From: an uncultured delta proteobacterium
GTDB lineage: Bacteria; Desulfobacterota; RBG-13-43-22
Assembly (NCBI GenBank): GCA_963843145.1
Contig: CAWJJC010000027.1
Coordinates: 288,001 to 352,000 of the forward strand
Length of the DNA stretch: 64,000 nucleotides
Direction: 5' to 3'
Both the position numbers and the translations under genes were made by a program. Within the stretch, counting starts at the first letter, position 1. Each line of letters starts with the position of its first letter. The notes beneath the pieces are model-generated. The model was not told the origin of the DNA. It did not search any database and was given only the letters and a program-made list of their open reading frames with translations. Positions 1 through 9,992 of the stretch are shown piece by piece.

Positions 1-788
1 TCGGCCGGTTTAGGATGGCGTCGGATGTTTTTCAAAATCTGACAGCAATCCCCGCAACAAAGGCAGATATTAATAATCTTTTTAGCGTTGGTCGGCTGTA
101 GTACCAGACCTTCCTCTTCCGCTTTCTTAAGAATCCCCAGGGCTTCCTCCTGATCGATAACCCGACCGATTCCGTTTTTTTCATAGTAGTGCGCTCCGCC
201 GGAGAATACCAGACAGGTCTCCACCGATTTTCCGCAACCCTTACCGACCAGGGCATGTTCTTTCCGGCAAATGCAGGGAGCGACCAGGATCTTGCTCTGC
301 GCTTCGATCAGGCGCCGGGCTTCATCATAGGGCAGGACCGACCCCTCCCCTTGAAGACTGGCCCCGATGGGGATGGTCCGCAACTGCTGGGTCTTCAAAC
401 GGGTCATGGAGCCAAATAGCGTGGGAATGTATTCATTCATGTCCTTAATAAGTTCCAGATCCAGGTCATTGACGTGGTACTCCCAGATACCGATCACGTA
501 TTGAGCCGCCATGTAGAGCGGCCCCTCCGGCCGGTCGGCCCGAAGTATCAACCCCTTGAGGGACATCTCGGATAACTGGTCGGCCAGGTCCTCAACCGGA
601 CGCCCGGCGCGCTCGGCAATCTGCTCCACCGTTTCCGGAGCCATTTGGAGCAGACAGGCCAGTTCGGCCTCTCCCTCAGTAAATAAACGCCTGAGAATAC
701 GCAGTTCCACCCCGGACTCGGTTCGAGGAAAACCCGCCGGTAACCGATCCAAATGATTAGCCAACTTTTCATACAGCCCCTCGGTCAT
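1..788 (-). CDS. 4Fe-4S binding (ferredoxin-like) protein, runs off the window start
   Basis: Not in the ORF track. Manual translation from ATG 788 (GGAGG upstream): MTEGLYEKLANHLDRLPAGFPRTESGVELRILRRLF...APCICRKEH...CGKSVETCLVF...NICLCCGDCCQIL, the Cys pattern of deltaproteobacterial Fe-S proteins. Confidence 0.8.
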   Translation of the reverse strand, partial: MTEGLYEKLANHLDRLPAGFPRTESGVELRILRRLFTEGEAELACLLQMAPETVEQIAERAGRPVEDLADQLSEMSLKGLILRADRPEGPLYMAAQYVIGIWEYHVNDLDLELIKDMNEYIPTLFGSMTRLKTQQLRTIPIGASLQGEGSVLPYDEARRLIEAQSKILVAPCICRKEHALVGKGCGKSVETCLVFSGGAHYYEKNGIGRVIDQEEALGILKKAEEEGLVLQPTNAKKIINICLCCGDCCQILKNIRRHPKPA

Positions 789-1052
789 AATTCCTCCTGA
801 ACAATATTTATTCATCGGTTTCTCAACTGGTAAGAACTACCGTCTTTATCCCGAACCGTCAAGGAATTTTTACCCTTTCACGAAGAGATGGAGTCGCGAA
901 GGATTCGTCCTTTAAAGGTGAAGGGTTCAGGGTGGCCGTTCGAGACTTTTTAGGAACATATTTTAGGTTAGCCTTCAGGGGAGTCCGTCTTGCTATAATA
1001 AAATTTAGGCCATGTCTTTTGGTGAGCTTAAAATTTCTTCAAGGAGGAAACC

Positions 1053-2363
1053 ATGAATCAAGCCGCCCTGGATCCTCAGTTGCCCTTGATGCAGGAGGCC
1101 GACCTGCGCGACAAGGTCGTCCTGCTGCGGGTCGATCACAACGTGGTCAAAAAGGGCCTCATTCGCGACCCCTACCGGATCGAACAAACCTTCGGCACCC
1201 TCTATAACATCGTCGAGCGCGGAGGCCGTCCTATCCTGATGACCCATGTGGGTCGCCCCAAAGACAAGAAGACGGGGGAAATCGCCTGTACCCCGGACAG
1301 CGCCGTTGAACCCATCGTCCGCTACCTGGAACAGAAGCTGCACACCTCCTTTCATATTCCTTCCTTTCCCGCGGAAGGGGCCAAGGGGATCCCCCACCTG
1401 GATACCTCTGTCAACCTGGCGATCAAGGAACTGCGGGGACATAAAACCGGGGGGATTTATCTTCCCAACACCCGTTGGTTCCAGGGCGAGGAGAGCAAAG
1501 GACCGGAGCGGGAGGCCTTCACCCGGCAACTGGCCGGGCTGGCCGACGTCTATATCAACGACGCCTTCGGCTCTTGGCAATCCCATGCCTCCACCGTAGA
1601 CATCACCCGTTATCTGCCCTCCTATGCCGGTTTCCTGATGCAAAAAGAGATCAGCAACCTGGACCGGGTCCTGAATCCGGACCGTCCTTTTCTGGCCGTA
1701 GTGGCCGGAGCCAAATACGACACCAAAATCGGGCCCCTCAATAAACTCTATGAAAAGGTCGATCACCTGATTCTGGGAGGAGTGATCTACAATACCTACC
1801 TGGCGGCCAAAGGAGGGGTGAACATCGCCGGGGTTTCCGACAGTGATGTCCAGGCCGCCCAAGCCCTGGTGGCTATGGATGCCCGGGAGAAGAAAATCGT
1901 CGAACTGCCGCAGGTAGTTGAGAGCCAGTCCCTGGAGCCGCCCTTTCAGGGCCAATTCCGAACCATCCCGGTCGGAGAATTGAAACCCGGGCAGCGGTAC
2001 GGTTACTTGCTCGATATTGCCCCGGAGTCTTTTGAGGACCCGCGGGTCAAGGAAGTCCTCCTGGCGGCCAAGACCATCTTCGTCAACGCCGTCATGGGGT
2101 ACACTCCTCACTTCACCGAAGGCTCCAAGGCCCTGGACCAGGCTATCGACAAAAACCGGACGGCCTATAAGATGTACGGGGGCGGCGACACCCTCCAGGA
2201 ATTCAAGGACCTCAACCCCGGGTTATATCTGAGCGTGATCGACAACACGCAATATTATTTCTTCACCGGCGGGGGAAGCGTGCTGACGGCTATTGAAGCC
2301 GGCACGCCCTACGGTCTCAAACCCGTACAGGCCCTGATGGAAAACGGCGGGAAGCAGCCCTGA
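1053..2363 (+). CDS. pgk: Phosphoglycerate kinase
   Basis: LLRVDHNV, MTHVGRPK, YINDAFG, AGAKYDTKI, GGGDT and TGGGS motifs; AGGAGG RBS. Confidence 0.93.
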   Translation: MNQAALDPQLPLMQEADLRDKVVLLRVDHNVVKKGLIRDPYRIEQTFGTLYNIVERGGRPILMTHVGRPKDKKTGEIACTPDSAVEPIVRYLEQKLHTSFHIPSFPAEGAKGIPHLDTSVNLAIKELRGHKTGGIYLPNTRWFQGEESKGPEREAFTRQLAGLADVYINDAFGSWQSHASTVDITRYLPSYAGFLMQKEISNLDRVLNPDRPFLAVVAGAKYDTKIGPLNKLYEKVDHLILGGVIYNTYLAAKGGVNIAGVSDSDVQAAQALVAMDAREKKIVELPQVVESQSLEPPFQGQFRTIPVGELKPGQRYGYLLDIAPESFEDPRVKEVLLAAKTIFVNAVMGYTPHFTEGSKALDQAIDKNRTAYKMYGGGDTLQEFKDLNPGLYLSVIDNTQYYFFTGGGSVLTAIEAGTPYGLKPVQALMENGGKQP

Positions 2364-2393
2364 TCCGGTGTTTGTATTAAACCTGAAAAGACG

Positions 2394-2532
2394 AACGTCG
2401 AACATCCAACATCCAACATCGAATGGTAAATAGGAAAGGATGATAAAATAGAAATAGCTGTCCCCTGCTCGGTCAGGGAGGTTGGTATTTCATTCGAGGT
2501 TGGGCGTTCAATGTTCGATGTTCGATGTTCAT
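2394..2532. repeat. Paired inverted arrays of the heptamer AACATCG/CGATGTT
   Basis: aacgtcgaacatccaacatccaacatcgaa followed by gttcaatgttcgatgttcgatgttc; the same family recurs at 3.9, 51.5 and 56.5 kb. Confidence 0.85.
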
Positions 2533-2573
2533 TCAGTTTGTAAACATAAACGAAGTTCTTTTGGAGGTACCCA

Positions 2574-3152
2574 ATGAAGGTCTTGGTCGTCTACGCCCAT
2601 CCCAATCCCGAATCTTTCAACCACGCCATTTTGGAAAGATTCGTTGAGGGTTTGCAATCCAAAAATCATGAGGTGGAAATCCTGGATCTGTACGCCCAGG
2701 GCTTCAATCCCCTCCTTTCGGCCACCGACCTGGCCTCCCTTCAAGCCGGAGAAACCCCGGCGGATATCCAATCCCAACAGGCCAAAGTGGCCCGGGCCGA
2801 AGGATTAGCCTTTATTTTTCCCATCTGGTGGTCCTCCATGCCCGCGATATTAAAAGGTTGGATCGATCGCGTCTTTTCCCTAGGCTTTGCCTATGCGTTT
2901 AGGGAGGAAGGACCGGTGGGGCTATTGAAACAGCAGAAAGCCTTGTTGATTACCACCTCGGGCGGCGACCAGGCCTTCTTTGATCACAGCGGGATACAAA
3001 AGGCCATCCAGATGACTATCGACCTTGGCATTTTTGGCTTTACCGGGATCCCTAAAATTCAGCACGAATTTTTCTATAATGTCGTTCAAATCGATCCGGC
3101 CACACGGGAAGCCTATCTGCAAGAGGCTTACTCTTTGGGCTTGGAGTTTTGA
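2574..3152 (+). CDS. NAD(P)H-dependent oxidoreductase, flavodoxin-like fold (MdaB/KefF family)
   Basis: VYAHPNPESFN, DLY, FPIWWSSMPAILKGWIDRV, ITTSGG. Confidence 0.9.
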   Translation: MKVLVVYAHPNPESFNHAILERFVEGLQSKNHEVEILDLYAQGFNPLLSATDLASLQAGETPADIQSQQAKVARAEGLAFIFPIWWSSMPAILKGWIDRVFSLGFAYAFREEGPVGLLKQQKALLITTSGGDQAFFDHSGIQKAIQMTIDLGIFGFTGIPKIQHEFFYNVVQIDPATREAYLQEAYSLGLEF

Positions 3153-3167
3153 GGCGGGACGGTCCTG

Positions 3168-3911
3168 GTGCTCGAACACACCTTCGTACATATCCCGGGT
3201 ATTGGGTCGAAGACCGAGCAGGGAATTTGGTCCAAGGGGCTGCTAACCTGGGAGGATTTTTTGCGATACGATGGGGAGGTCTTTTCCGGGGAACGGGACC
3301 GTTTCATCCGTCGTGAACTGGAGGCCTCGCAGGCCCACCGGGAAGATCTTGATTTCTTCTGGCAGCGCCTGCCACCGAGTGAAAAATGGCGGCTCTATAC
3401 GGCCTTTCGGCACCAAGCGGTCTATCTGGACATCGAGACCACCGGAAGTTTTCAGGGAATCGATGAAATCACCCTGATCGGAATATATGACGGCCAACAA
3501 GTCCGGACCTTCATCAACGGGAGCACCCTGGATGAATTTGAAACGGCGCTCGCTCCTGATGCCTTGCTCATCACTTACAACGGGAGCGGGTTCGATCTCC
3601 CTTTCATCCGCCGCTGGTTTCGTCACCTTCACTTGCCTCCGGCCCATATCGACCTGCGGCACCTGCTCCATCGGTTGGGGTACCGGGGGGGTCTCAAGGC
3701 GATTGAAAAACAGGTGGGCATCTCCCGGGACCCCGATCTGGATGGTCTAGACGGCTTTGACGCGGTGATGCTCTGGAAGGCCTATCAGTGGGGCGACGAA
3801 CCCTCTTTACAACGCCTGATCCGTTACAATACCCTGGATATCGTCAACCTGGAACCCCTGATGGAACTCTGTTTTCGAAGACTGAGAAACGCCCTGGAGG
3901 CGTTTCCCTAA
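3168..3911 (+). CDS. RNase H-like (YprB-type) exonuclease with N-terminal HhH
   Basis: HIPGIG, YLDIETTG, TYNGSGFDLPF, GGLKAIEK, YNTLD. Confidence 0.88.
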   Translation: MLEHTFVHIPGIGSKTEQGIWSKGLLTWEDFLRYDGEVFSGERDRFIRRELEASQAHREDLDFFWQRLPPSEKWRLYTAFRHQAVYLDIETTGSFQGIDEITLIGIYDGQQVRTFINGSTLDEFETALAPDALLITYNGSGFDLPFIRRWFRHLHLPPAHIDLRHLLHRLGYRGGLKAIEKQVGISRDPDLDGLDGFDAVMLWKAYQWGDEPSLQRLIRYNTLDIVNLEPLMELCFRRLRNALEAFP

Positions 3912-3922
3912 TACTGGTGATG

Positions 3923-4029
3923 AACATTGAACATCGAACGTCCAACATTGAATGTTTAATGGGAAAAGAGTTGGAGGTTTTGTTTTTCATTCGATGTTGA
4001 ATGTTCGATGTTCAATGTTCGATGTTCAT
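3923..4029. repeat. Paired inverted AACATCG heptamer arrays
   Basis: aacattgaacatcgaacgtccaacattgaa ... ttcgatgttgaatgttcgatgttcaatgttcgatgttc between convergent genes. Confidence 0.85.
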
Positions 4030-4118
4030 TTTGTTTGTAATCGGTATCCTTCGCTCCCCTTGGAGTTCCGTAATCGTACACCTACTCGTACACGCAAATC
4101 TACCCTTGTGCCCCGCCT

Positions 4119-6639
4119 CTAGGGTTTGGGCAAAGAACCCAGCACCCGGCTTAATTCCTCCAGGGTATAAGGCTTGGCCATAACCCCTTTGAACCCGTGG
4201 GCCTGGTAGTCGGACATGACCGGGTCTGAGGAATACCCGCTGGAGGCAATGGCCCGTACCTCAGGATCAAATTCCAACAGTTTTTGTAACGCTTCCAAGC
4301 CGCCCATCCCGCCGGCTATGGTTAAATCCATAATCAAAAGATCAAAAGGTTGATCGATCTTTTTGGCCACCCGATAAATTTTAACCGCCTCGGCGCCGTC
4401 CTGCGCCTGCGCCACTTCAAAGCCCAGACGAGTAAGCATTTCTCCCAGGACTTCCCGGACAATGGCTTCGTCATCCATCACCAGGATTCGTCCCTGTCCC
4501 CTGACCAAAGGTAAAGACGTCTCTTCCTGAACCGCCGGAGTCTTCCCGGAGGCCGGCAGGGTGAGGCGAAAAGTAGCCCCTTTCCTGGGTTCCGATTCCA
4601 CCGTGATCAAACCGTCGTGTCTTTTAAGAATGGAATAAACCGTAGACAACCCCAGACCGCTGGCTCCCGGTTTGGTGCTAAAAAATGGATCAAAAACCTT
4701 GGAAAGGTTTTCTTTGGGGATCCCGATCCCCTGATCGCTAAACCAGATCTGGACATAGCGCCCTTCCCGGAGCGAAATCCCCTCCCCGGCGGTTATGGTT
4801 TTGTTTTCCATCCCCACCTGAAAAATCCCTCCTTCGGGCATAGCCTCGTCGGCGTTGATCACCAGGTTATGGATGACCTGCTGGAACTGACCCTGGTCAA
4901 AATCGACCGCCCAGATGTCGGCTGGAATGAGAAATTCCGCTTTCAACTTCGAGCCGCGCAGGGCAAAGGTAACCGCCTCCTGGACATATTCAGCCATGGA
5001 GGCCGTGGTTTTGACCGGCGCGCCTCCCCGGGAAAAGGTCAGTAACTGCTGGGTTAGTTCCCTGGCCAGATAAGAAGCCTTCTCGGCCTCATCCAAACGT
5101 TTTCGGACTTTTTCCGCGTCCTGAGCAAACATCTTGGCCAGGGAAATATTGCCCATAATGCCCGTCAAAATATTATTAAAATCGTGGGCGATGCCGCCGG
5201 CCAGGACCCCGATGGATTTAAGCTTTTCATATTTGAGCAATTCATCCGACAATCGCTGTTCATCCGTTATATCCCGGAAAACCAGCACCACGCCGATCAT
5301 GTTTCCGTTCCTGTCGCGGATCGGTGCTCCGCTGTCGGCGATTATTCTTTCCCGCCCGTTCCGATTGATCAGCACAGAAGGGGCCGCCAATAGTTCCGTT
5401 TGGCCGCTCAAAAGTACTTTTTCCACCGGGTTCTGGCACCGGTCCCGAGTCTTTTCGTCGACCAGGCAAAAAACCTCCTGCAATGACCGGCCGAAAGCCT
5501 CCTCCTGGCTCCAACCGGTCTGGTTTTCCGCTACCTGGTTGAGCATGACCACCCGCCCTTCCATATCCGTGGTGATCACGCCGTCCCCGATGGAGCGCAA
5601 GGTGACCGCCAGCCGTTCTTTTTCAGCCGCCAGTTCCTCCTCGGCCTTTTTCCGTTCGGAAATTTCCTCCACAATGCCCATGGCTCCCCTGATTCTCCCT
5701 TCCCGGCTGAACAGCGGGGCCGTGCGCATGGAGATTGAAATGTCGGCCGGGCCGGTGGTGGCGGAATAGGGTCCTTCGTAATACCCCGGCGTCCCGGCGA
5801 TGGCCATTTCTAGAGAAGGCAGCACTCTCTGGTCTTTCAAGGTTTTCATATCCAGATTGAGCAATTTTTCCCGGGTTGATCGAAGAATGGACTACAAAAC
5901 GATCGTTGCAGTCCGTGATATGCAACCGATGGTCATAATGAAAAACACCTACCGGAGATTGTTCAAAGAGCAGCCGATAGCGTTCCTCCTTCTCCTGAAG
6001 GTCCGACTCGGCCTTTCGGTAATCACTGATGACCCCCATCAGGGTCCGGGTTTCTTTATTGATCAATTGCCCCAATTTGGCGATCAATTCATTTTCGGAA
6101 TCTTCATGGGCGGCTACCGTGAGATTGCCGCCGGCGATCCGATTCAGGGTATCGTAGTGCTGACAAAGGCCCATGGCCAGCTCATGACTCTGGTCGACCA
6201 TTTCCTGCACGCTTTCACCCATCTGGTTGAGAACCTCTTCCAATTTTACCAGCATTTCATTGGGGCTGACTATTTTCACCCGGGCGGTCGGATCGCCCAG
6301 ACAGAGTTTCCGGACCATCTCCACGCTCTGCGAAAGGCCGATGCCCAAATCCAGATTCATGGCCTGCAATTCCCCATCCCGGTCCCGCAGTGCCCTCGTG
6401 ACCTCCTTGAATTGAAGGCCGACGACTCGCAGGATCTCCTCCAGGTCAGAAGGGTCGACCGTTTGTTTGAAATACTGGCATTCCAGGCACATTTCCATTT
6501 TTTCGATGAACAGCCCCTGGATCTCATTCCGGCAACAGGTCCCGGAACTCAGCCAGCAGCGGAACTCCTTCCGGATAAGAACCGGGCAGTTCTGTTCCGA
6601 ACAGCTAAAAAAATCCCAACAGTTGGTCCTCTCGGCCAT
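4119..6639 (-). CDS. Soluble hybrid histidine kinase: Cys-rich two-CW-like domain, HAMP-like repeats, PAS, PAS, HisKA/HATPase, REC (frameshift near 5891)
   Basis: ORFs 5623..6669 and 4119..5864 join into CNDRFVAILRSTREKLLNLD if one base near 5891 is removed; GIAHDFNN, GLGL, VMDDE; start MAERTNCWDFF has an AGGAGG RBS. Confidence 0.85.
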
Positions 6640-6669
6640 GGCCGGCCTCCTTTTATTCACGCCTGACAA

Positions 6670-6894
6670 TCAAAACTGAATCTGAATCTTTTTCCGATAA
6701 CCGCCTTCTTCCCGCACCGAAAGCAGAGTCTTCTCGAGACGTTCACAATAGACTCGCACATCCCGTTCAAAGGTGGGGCAATCCCCCAGTACTTCCAGGA
6801 TATCCCCCGGATTTAGATCCGGAGAAAGCACGGCGATTTTAAGCACCGGCTGCGGGCATTTTAAACCCAGGGTATTCAGGGCCACCATTCCCAT
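6670..6894 (-). CDS. tusA: TusA/SirA family sulfur carrier protein
   Basis: LNTLGLKCPQP motif, GDILEVLGD; 74 aa. Confidence 0.85.
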   Translation of the reverse strand: MGMVALNTLGLKCPQPVLKIAVLSPDLNPGDILEVLGDCPTFERDVRVYCERLEKTLLSVREEGGYRKKIQIQF

Positions 6895-6977
6895 TTTATC
6901 CTCCTCGGTTCATCCCGGCCCCTGACCGGGGGAGAACACGTCAATAAGAAAATAGCCTCTTTGATCTACCACATAGC

Positions 6978-7025
6978 AAATAATCAATAATCAATTGATT
7001 ATTAACAATTGAATATTGATTATTA
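6978..7025. repeat. AT-rich AATAATC heptamer inverted repeat (second copy at about 18878-18913)
   Basis: aataatcaataatcaattgattattaacaattg versus ttattaataatcaataatcaattgttaattattaac. Confidence 0.6.
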
Positions 7026-8520
7026 GGTCAATCCCTCGTCTTACGTCTGCCCCCTTATTTCTAGGGCTTTGAGCTACCCGCCCCGGGCCGGGCTGCCCAG
7101 TAAAAAATTTCACGGTCAGGGGCAACTGCCCGGGCAGGCAATGGGTGGCGCAGGCCAGGCAGGGATCATAGGCCCGGTAAACCATTTCAATCTGGTTAAG
7201 TAAGTCCTCCGAGGCCTGTCCTTTGTGAATCAATCCCTTAGCCGCCTTTTCAATGGCTAAGCACAAAGCCGCCATGCTGTTCTGGGTGGCGACCAGCAGC
7301 TTCATCTCTTGTACCACCCCCCGGTCATCGGTCCGATAGTGATGGATCAAGGTGCCCCGCGAGGCCTCGCAGACCCCAATGCCTTCGCGGGGAACGGCCG
7401 AGGGGATTCTTCGGACCTCCGGGTTGGTGAGTTCCGGATCGGCCGCCAACTCCTGCATCCGCTCGGCGGCATAGAGGGTTTCGATCAATCGGGCCCAATG
7501 GTAGGCCAAAGTATGGTGGACCGGCCGGGCTCCAAAACGCGAGATCATCCGTTCATACTCGGCTTGGGCCTCCGGGGTGGCCATGCCCCGGGAGGCGTTT
7601 AAGCGGCCCAGAGGCCCCGCCCGATAGATCCCGTTGGCCTTTCCTTCAAACCACCCTTTCCAGCCGATGGCCTTCAGATACGGTATCCGACTGTACGTCC
7701 AAGGCTCCGTCCTTTCTCCCAGGTGCCGCGAATAATCCCCTGGTTGAAAACAAGCGAGTTCTTCTCCTTCCGGGTCCACCACGCGGAGCCGGCCGTCATA
7801 GAAATTGACCCGTTGGTCCTGATCGACCAGACCCAGGTAATAGGTGGACTGAATAAAAATGGGGTCCAGAAATTTGGCCCAAATTTTTTTATTTTCCAGC
7901 GTCTGATGAAACAACGTCAGGCTTTCTCTGGCCAGGTCCAGGGCCAAGGGGGCCACCCGGATAGCTTCGGCCCGATCTTCCTGGTCCAGGGTTTTGGACA
8001 CTCCCCCCGGAAGGCCCACGACCGGGTAAAGGGGACCGCCGCTCAATCGGGTTTGAAGGCCCCGGACTTCTTTTCTAACTTGAATAACCTTTTCCCCCAA
8101 AGACCGGCCGACCCGTTTCATGACGCCCAGGAAGTTCCTTTCAGCGACGGGGGTCTCCTCACCCAGAAGCAGGTCGCATCCGCCCAGGAAGTAGAAATGG
8201 AGCAGATGGTCTTCAAAAATAAAGGCATTGAGAATCAACTCCCGAATTTTACGGGCCGCCGGCGGCGGAGCCACCTGAAACAAGTCGTCCAGGGCCTTAC
8301 TGGAGGCCAAGTGATGGGCGGTGGGGCAAACCCCACAGATTTTCTGGGTCAGCACCGGCAGCTCTTCGGCGGCCCGCCCTTCGCAAAATTTCTCGAAACC
8401 CCGCAAATCCGTGCTCTGAAAATAGGCCCGCTCGACCTCCCCCCGGTCATCCAGAAAAATGGAAATTTTTCCCTGACCTTCCAGGCGGGTCAAGGGGTCG
8501 ATGTCGATGCGTTTACCCAT
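6991..8520 (-). CDS. mvhA: [NiFe] hydrogenase large subunit, Mvh/group 3c type
   Basis: TRLEG, RGFEKF, KICGVCPTAH (L1), RAYDPCLACATH (L2) plus a C-terminal extension; the exact C-terminus is uncertain. Confidence 0.88.
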   Translation of the reverse strand: MGKRIDIDPLTRLEGQGKISIFLDDRGEVERAYFQSTDLRGFEKFCEGRAAEELPVLTQKICGVCPTAHHLASSKALDDLFQVAPPPAARKIRELILNAFIFEDHLLHFYFLGGCDLLLGEETPVAERNFLGVMKRVGRSLGEKVIQVRKEVRGLQTRLSGGPLYPVVGLPGGVSKTLDQEDRAEAIRVAPLALDLARESLTLFHQTLENKKIWAKFLDPIFIQSTYYLGLVDQDQRVNFYDGRLRVVDPEGEELACFQPGDYSRHLGERTEPWTYSRIPYLKAIGWKGWFEGKANGIYRAGPLGRLNASRGMATPEAQAEYERMISRFGARPVHHTLAYHWARLIETLYAAERMQELAADPELTNPEVRRIPSAVPREGIGVCEASRGTLIHHYRTDDRGVVQEMKLLVATQNSMAALCLAIEKAAKGLIHKGQASEDLLNQIEMVYRAYDPCLACATHCLPGQLPLTVKFFTGQPGPGRVAQSPRNKGADVRRGIDLIINIQLLIIN

Positions 8521-9469
8521 GAATTTTTTCTTTTACCTTGTGAGGAACCAGCGCTGCCGACAGCGAATACTGATAAGCCAGACCAACCGGGTCAATCCAG
8601 CCTTCCCTGAACTTCTGGAGAGCCTCTTCATCTGCGGCCTCACTCAAGGAAGCCAAAAAGGAAACCACCTTGGCCCCCTGGTCTTTCACCAATTCCAGAG
8701 GACCGAAACAGCCCCGGCAGGGCATGTTGGCGTTAAGGCAGCGGCCGGCACACCCCCCCCGAGTGGCCGGGCCCAGGCAAATGAGGCCTTCGGCCAGGAA
8801 ACAGCGGGACGGGTCCCAGATCTTTTGATGCAGACGACCAAAGGCATTCCAGGAAATCTTCTGCGGCCGGCTTTCCTTCCGGACGCAATAATGGCACAGG
8901 GCTTTGGGTTCACCGAAAACCCACCCTGGGGGGGGAAGCCGGTTCTCCAGGATGGCGGCCAGGACCTGGCGGTTCCAATCCGGGGTGGGCGGGCAGCCAG
9001 GGATGTAATAATCCACCGGAATCACCTGGTCTAAGGTTTTGACCCTGGAAGTTAGGCCCGGCAACGAGGGTTCTTGATTCGGCCGGGCATTTTCCGGGAC
9101 CGACCCCGGAGGTCTTTCCTGTTCACGGCCAGCCAGGATCTCCTCAGGGCCAAACAAATTCGCTAAGCCCACAACACCCCCTAAATGGGCGCAGGTTCCG
9201 TGGGCCACGATGAATTGCGATTTCTGGCGCAACAACCGAACGGTTTCCTCGTGTTCATCCAGGCGAATGGCCCCATTAATCCAAGAGGCTAAAAGGGCGC
9301 CATCCGCCAAGCGATCCAGGCGCTCCTTTTTATAATCCAAGGCAATCGGCCAGTATATGATTTCCGCCTCCCGGGTCAAGGACAGCAGGTCCGGCCCCAG
9401 GTCTAAAAGCGATTCTTCACAACCGCCGCAACTGGAGGTCCAGGTAAAAGCGATCTTGGGTTTTCCCAT
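8513..9469 (-). CDS. mvhG: [NiFe] hydrogenase small subunit, MvhG type
   Basis: SCGGCEES, GTCAHLGG, PGCPP, CLGPATRGGC, PCRGCFGP. Confidence 0.9.
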   Translation of the reverse strand: MGKPKIAFTWTSSCGGCEESLLDLGPDLLSLTREAEIIYWPIALDYKKERLDRLADGALLASWINGAIRLDEHEETVRLLRQKSQFIVAHGTCAHLGGVVGLANLFGPEEILAGREQERPPGSVPENARPNQEPSLPGLTSRVKTLDQVIPVDYYIPGCPPTPDWNRQVLAAILENRLPPPGWVFGEPKALCHYCVRKESRPQKISWNAFGRLHQKIWDPSRCFLAEGLICLGPATRGGCAGRCLNANMPCRGCFGPLELVKDQGAKVVSFLASLSEAADEEALQKFREGWIDPVGLAYQYSLSAALVPHKVKEKIHG

Positions 9470-9575
9470 AGTACTTACCTACCCCGAAAAACAACAAAAT
9501 GATATCCGTTATGATGTCTTCGTAAAAATCCCCAGGACTGTCTTTGCGAGGAGAGAAACGATTTTTTATAAGCAA

Positions 9576-9992
9576 CTATTTGTCTATTTCCAACGGGCCG
9601 GCATTCTGGATTTCTTCGGCCCATTGGGAGACAACCGTCGCGAATTTTTCGCCTTCCTGGGCGCTGATATTGGTCACTCTTAAGCGGAGGTCAGCAAAAC
9701 CCAATTGCCGCAGCAGGGGTTTCAAAAGTTCCGTCATCCGGATCATCTGAGCGTTTCCTTTCTGAAAATGGCAATGGCCCGGGGGACAACCGGCGATCAG
9801 CACCCCCTGAGCTCCCTGGCGGAAGGCCAACAGGACCCAGGCCGGGTCCATCCGGCCACTGCAAGGGAGACGGACGGCCTTAAAAAAGGGGGGAATGGTT
9901 TTACCCGCCCGGCCGGCGGCATCCGCCCCGGCATAGGCGCACCAGTCACATAAGAATCCGATCAACCGGGGTTCGAAACGTTCCCTCAACAC
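9576..9992 (-). CDS. mvhD: Methyl-viologen-reducing hydrogenase delta subunit (2Fe-2S)
   Basis: FLCDWCAYAGAD, LPCSGR, GCPPGHCHFQKGN. Confidence 0.92.
   Translation of the reverse strand: MLRERFEPRLIGFLCDWCAYAGADAAGRAGKTIPPFFKAVRLPCSGRMDPAWVLLAFRQGAQGVLIAGCPPGHCHFQKGNAQMIRMTELLKPLLRQLGFADLRLRVTNISAQEGEKFATVVSQWAEEIQNAGPLEIDK

Noticed and set aside
2394-4029. Short tandem repeats as a CRISPR array
   Set aside because: Units are 7 bp with no unique spacers of constant length, and there are no cas genes
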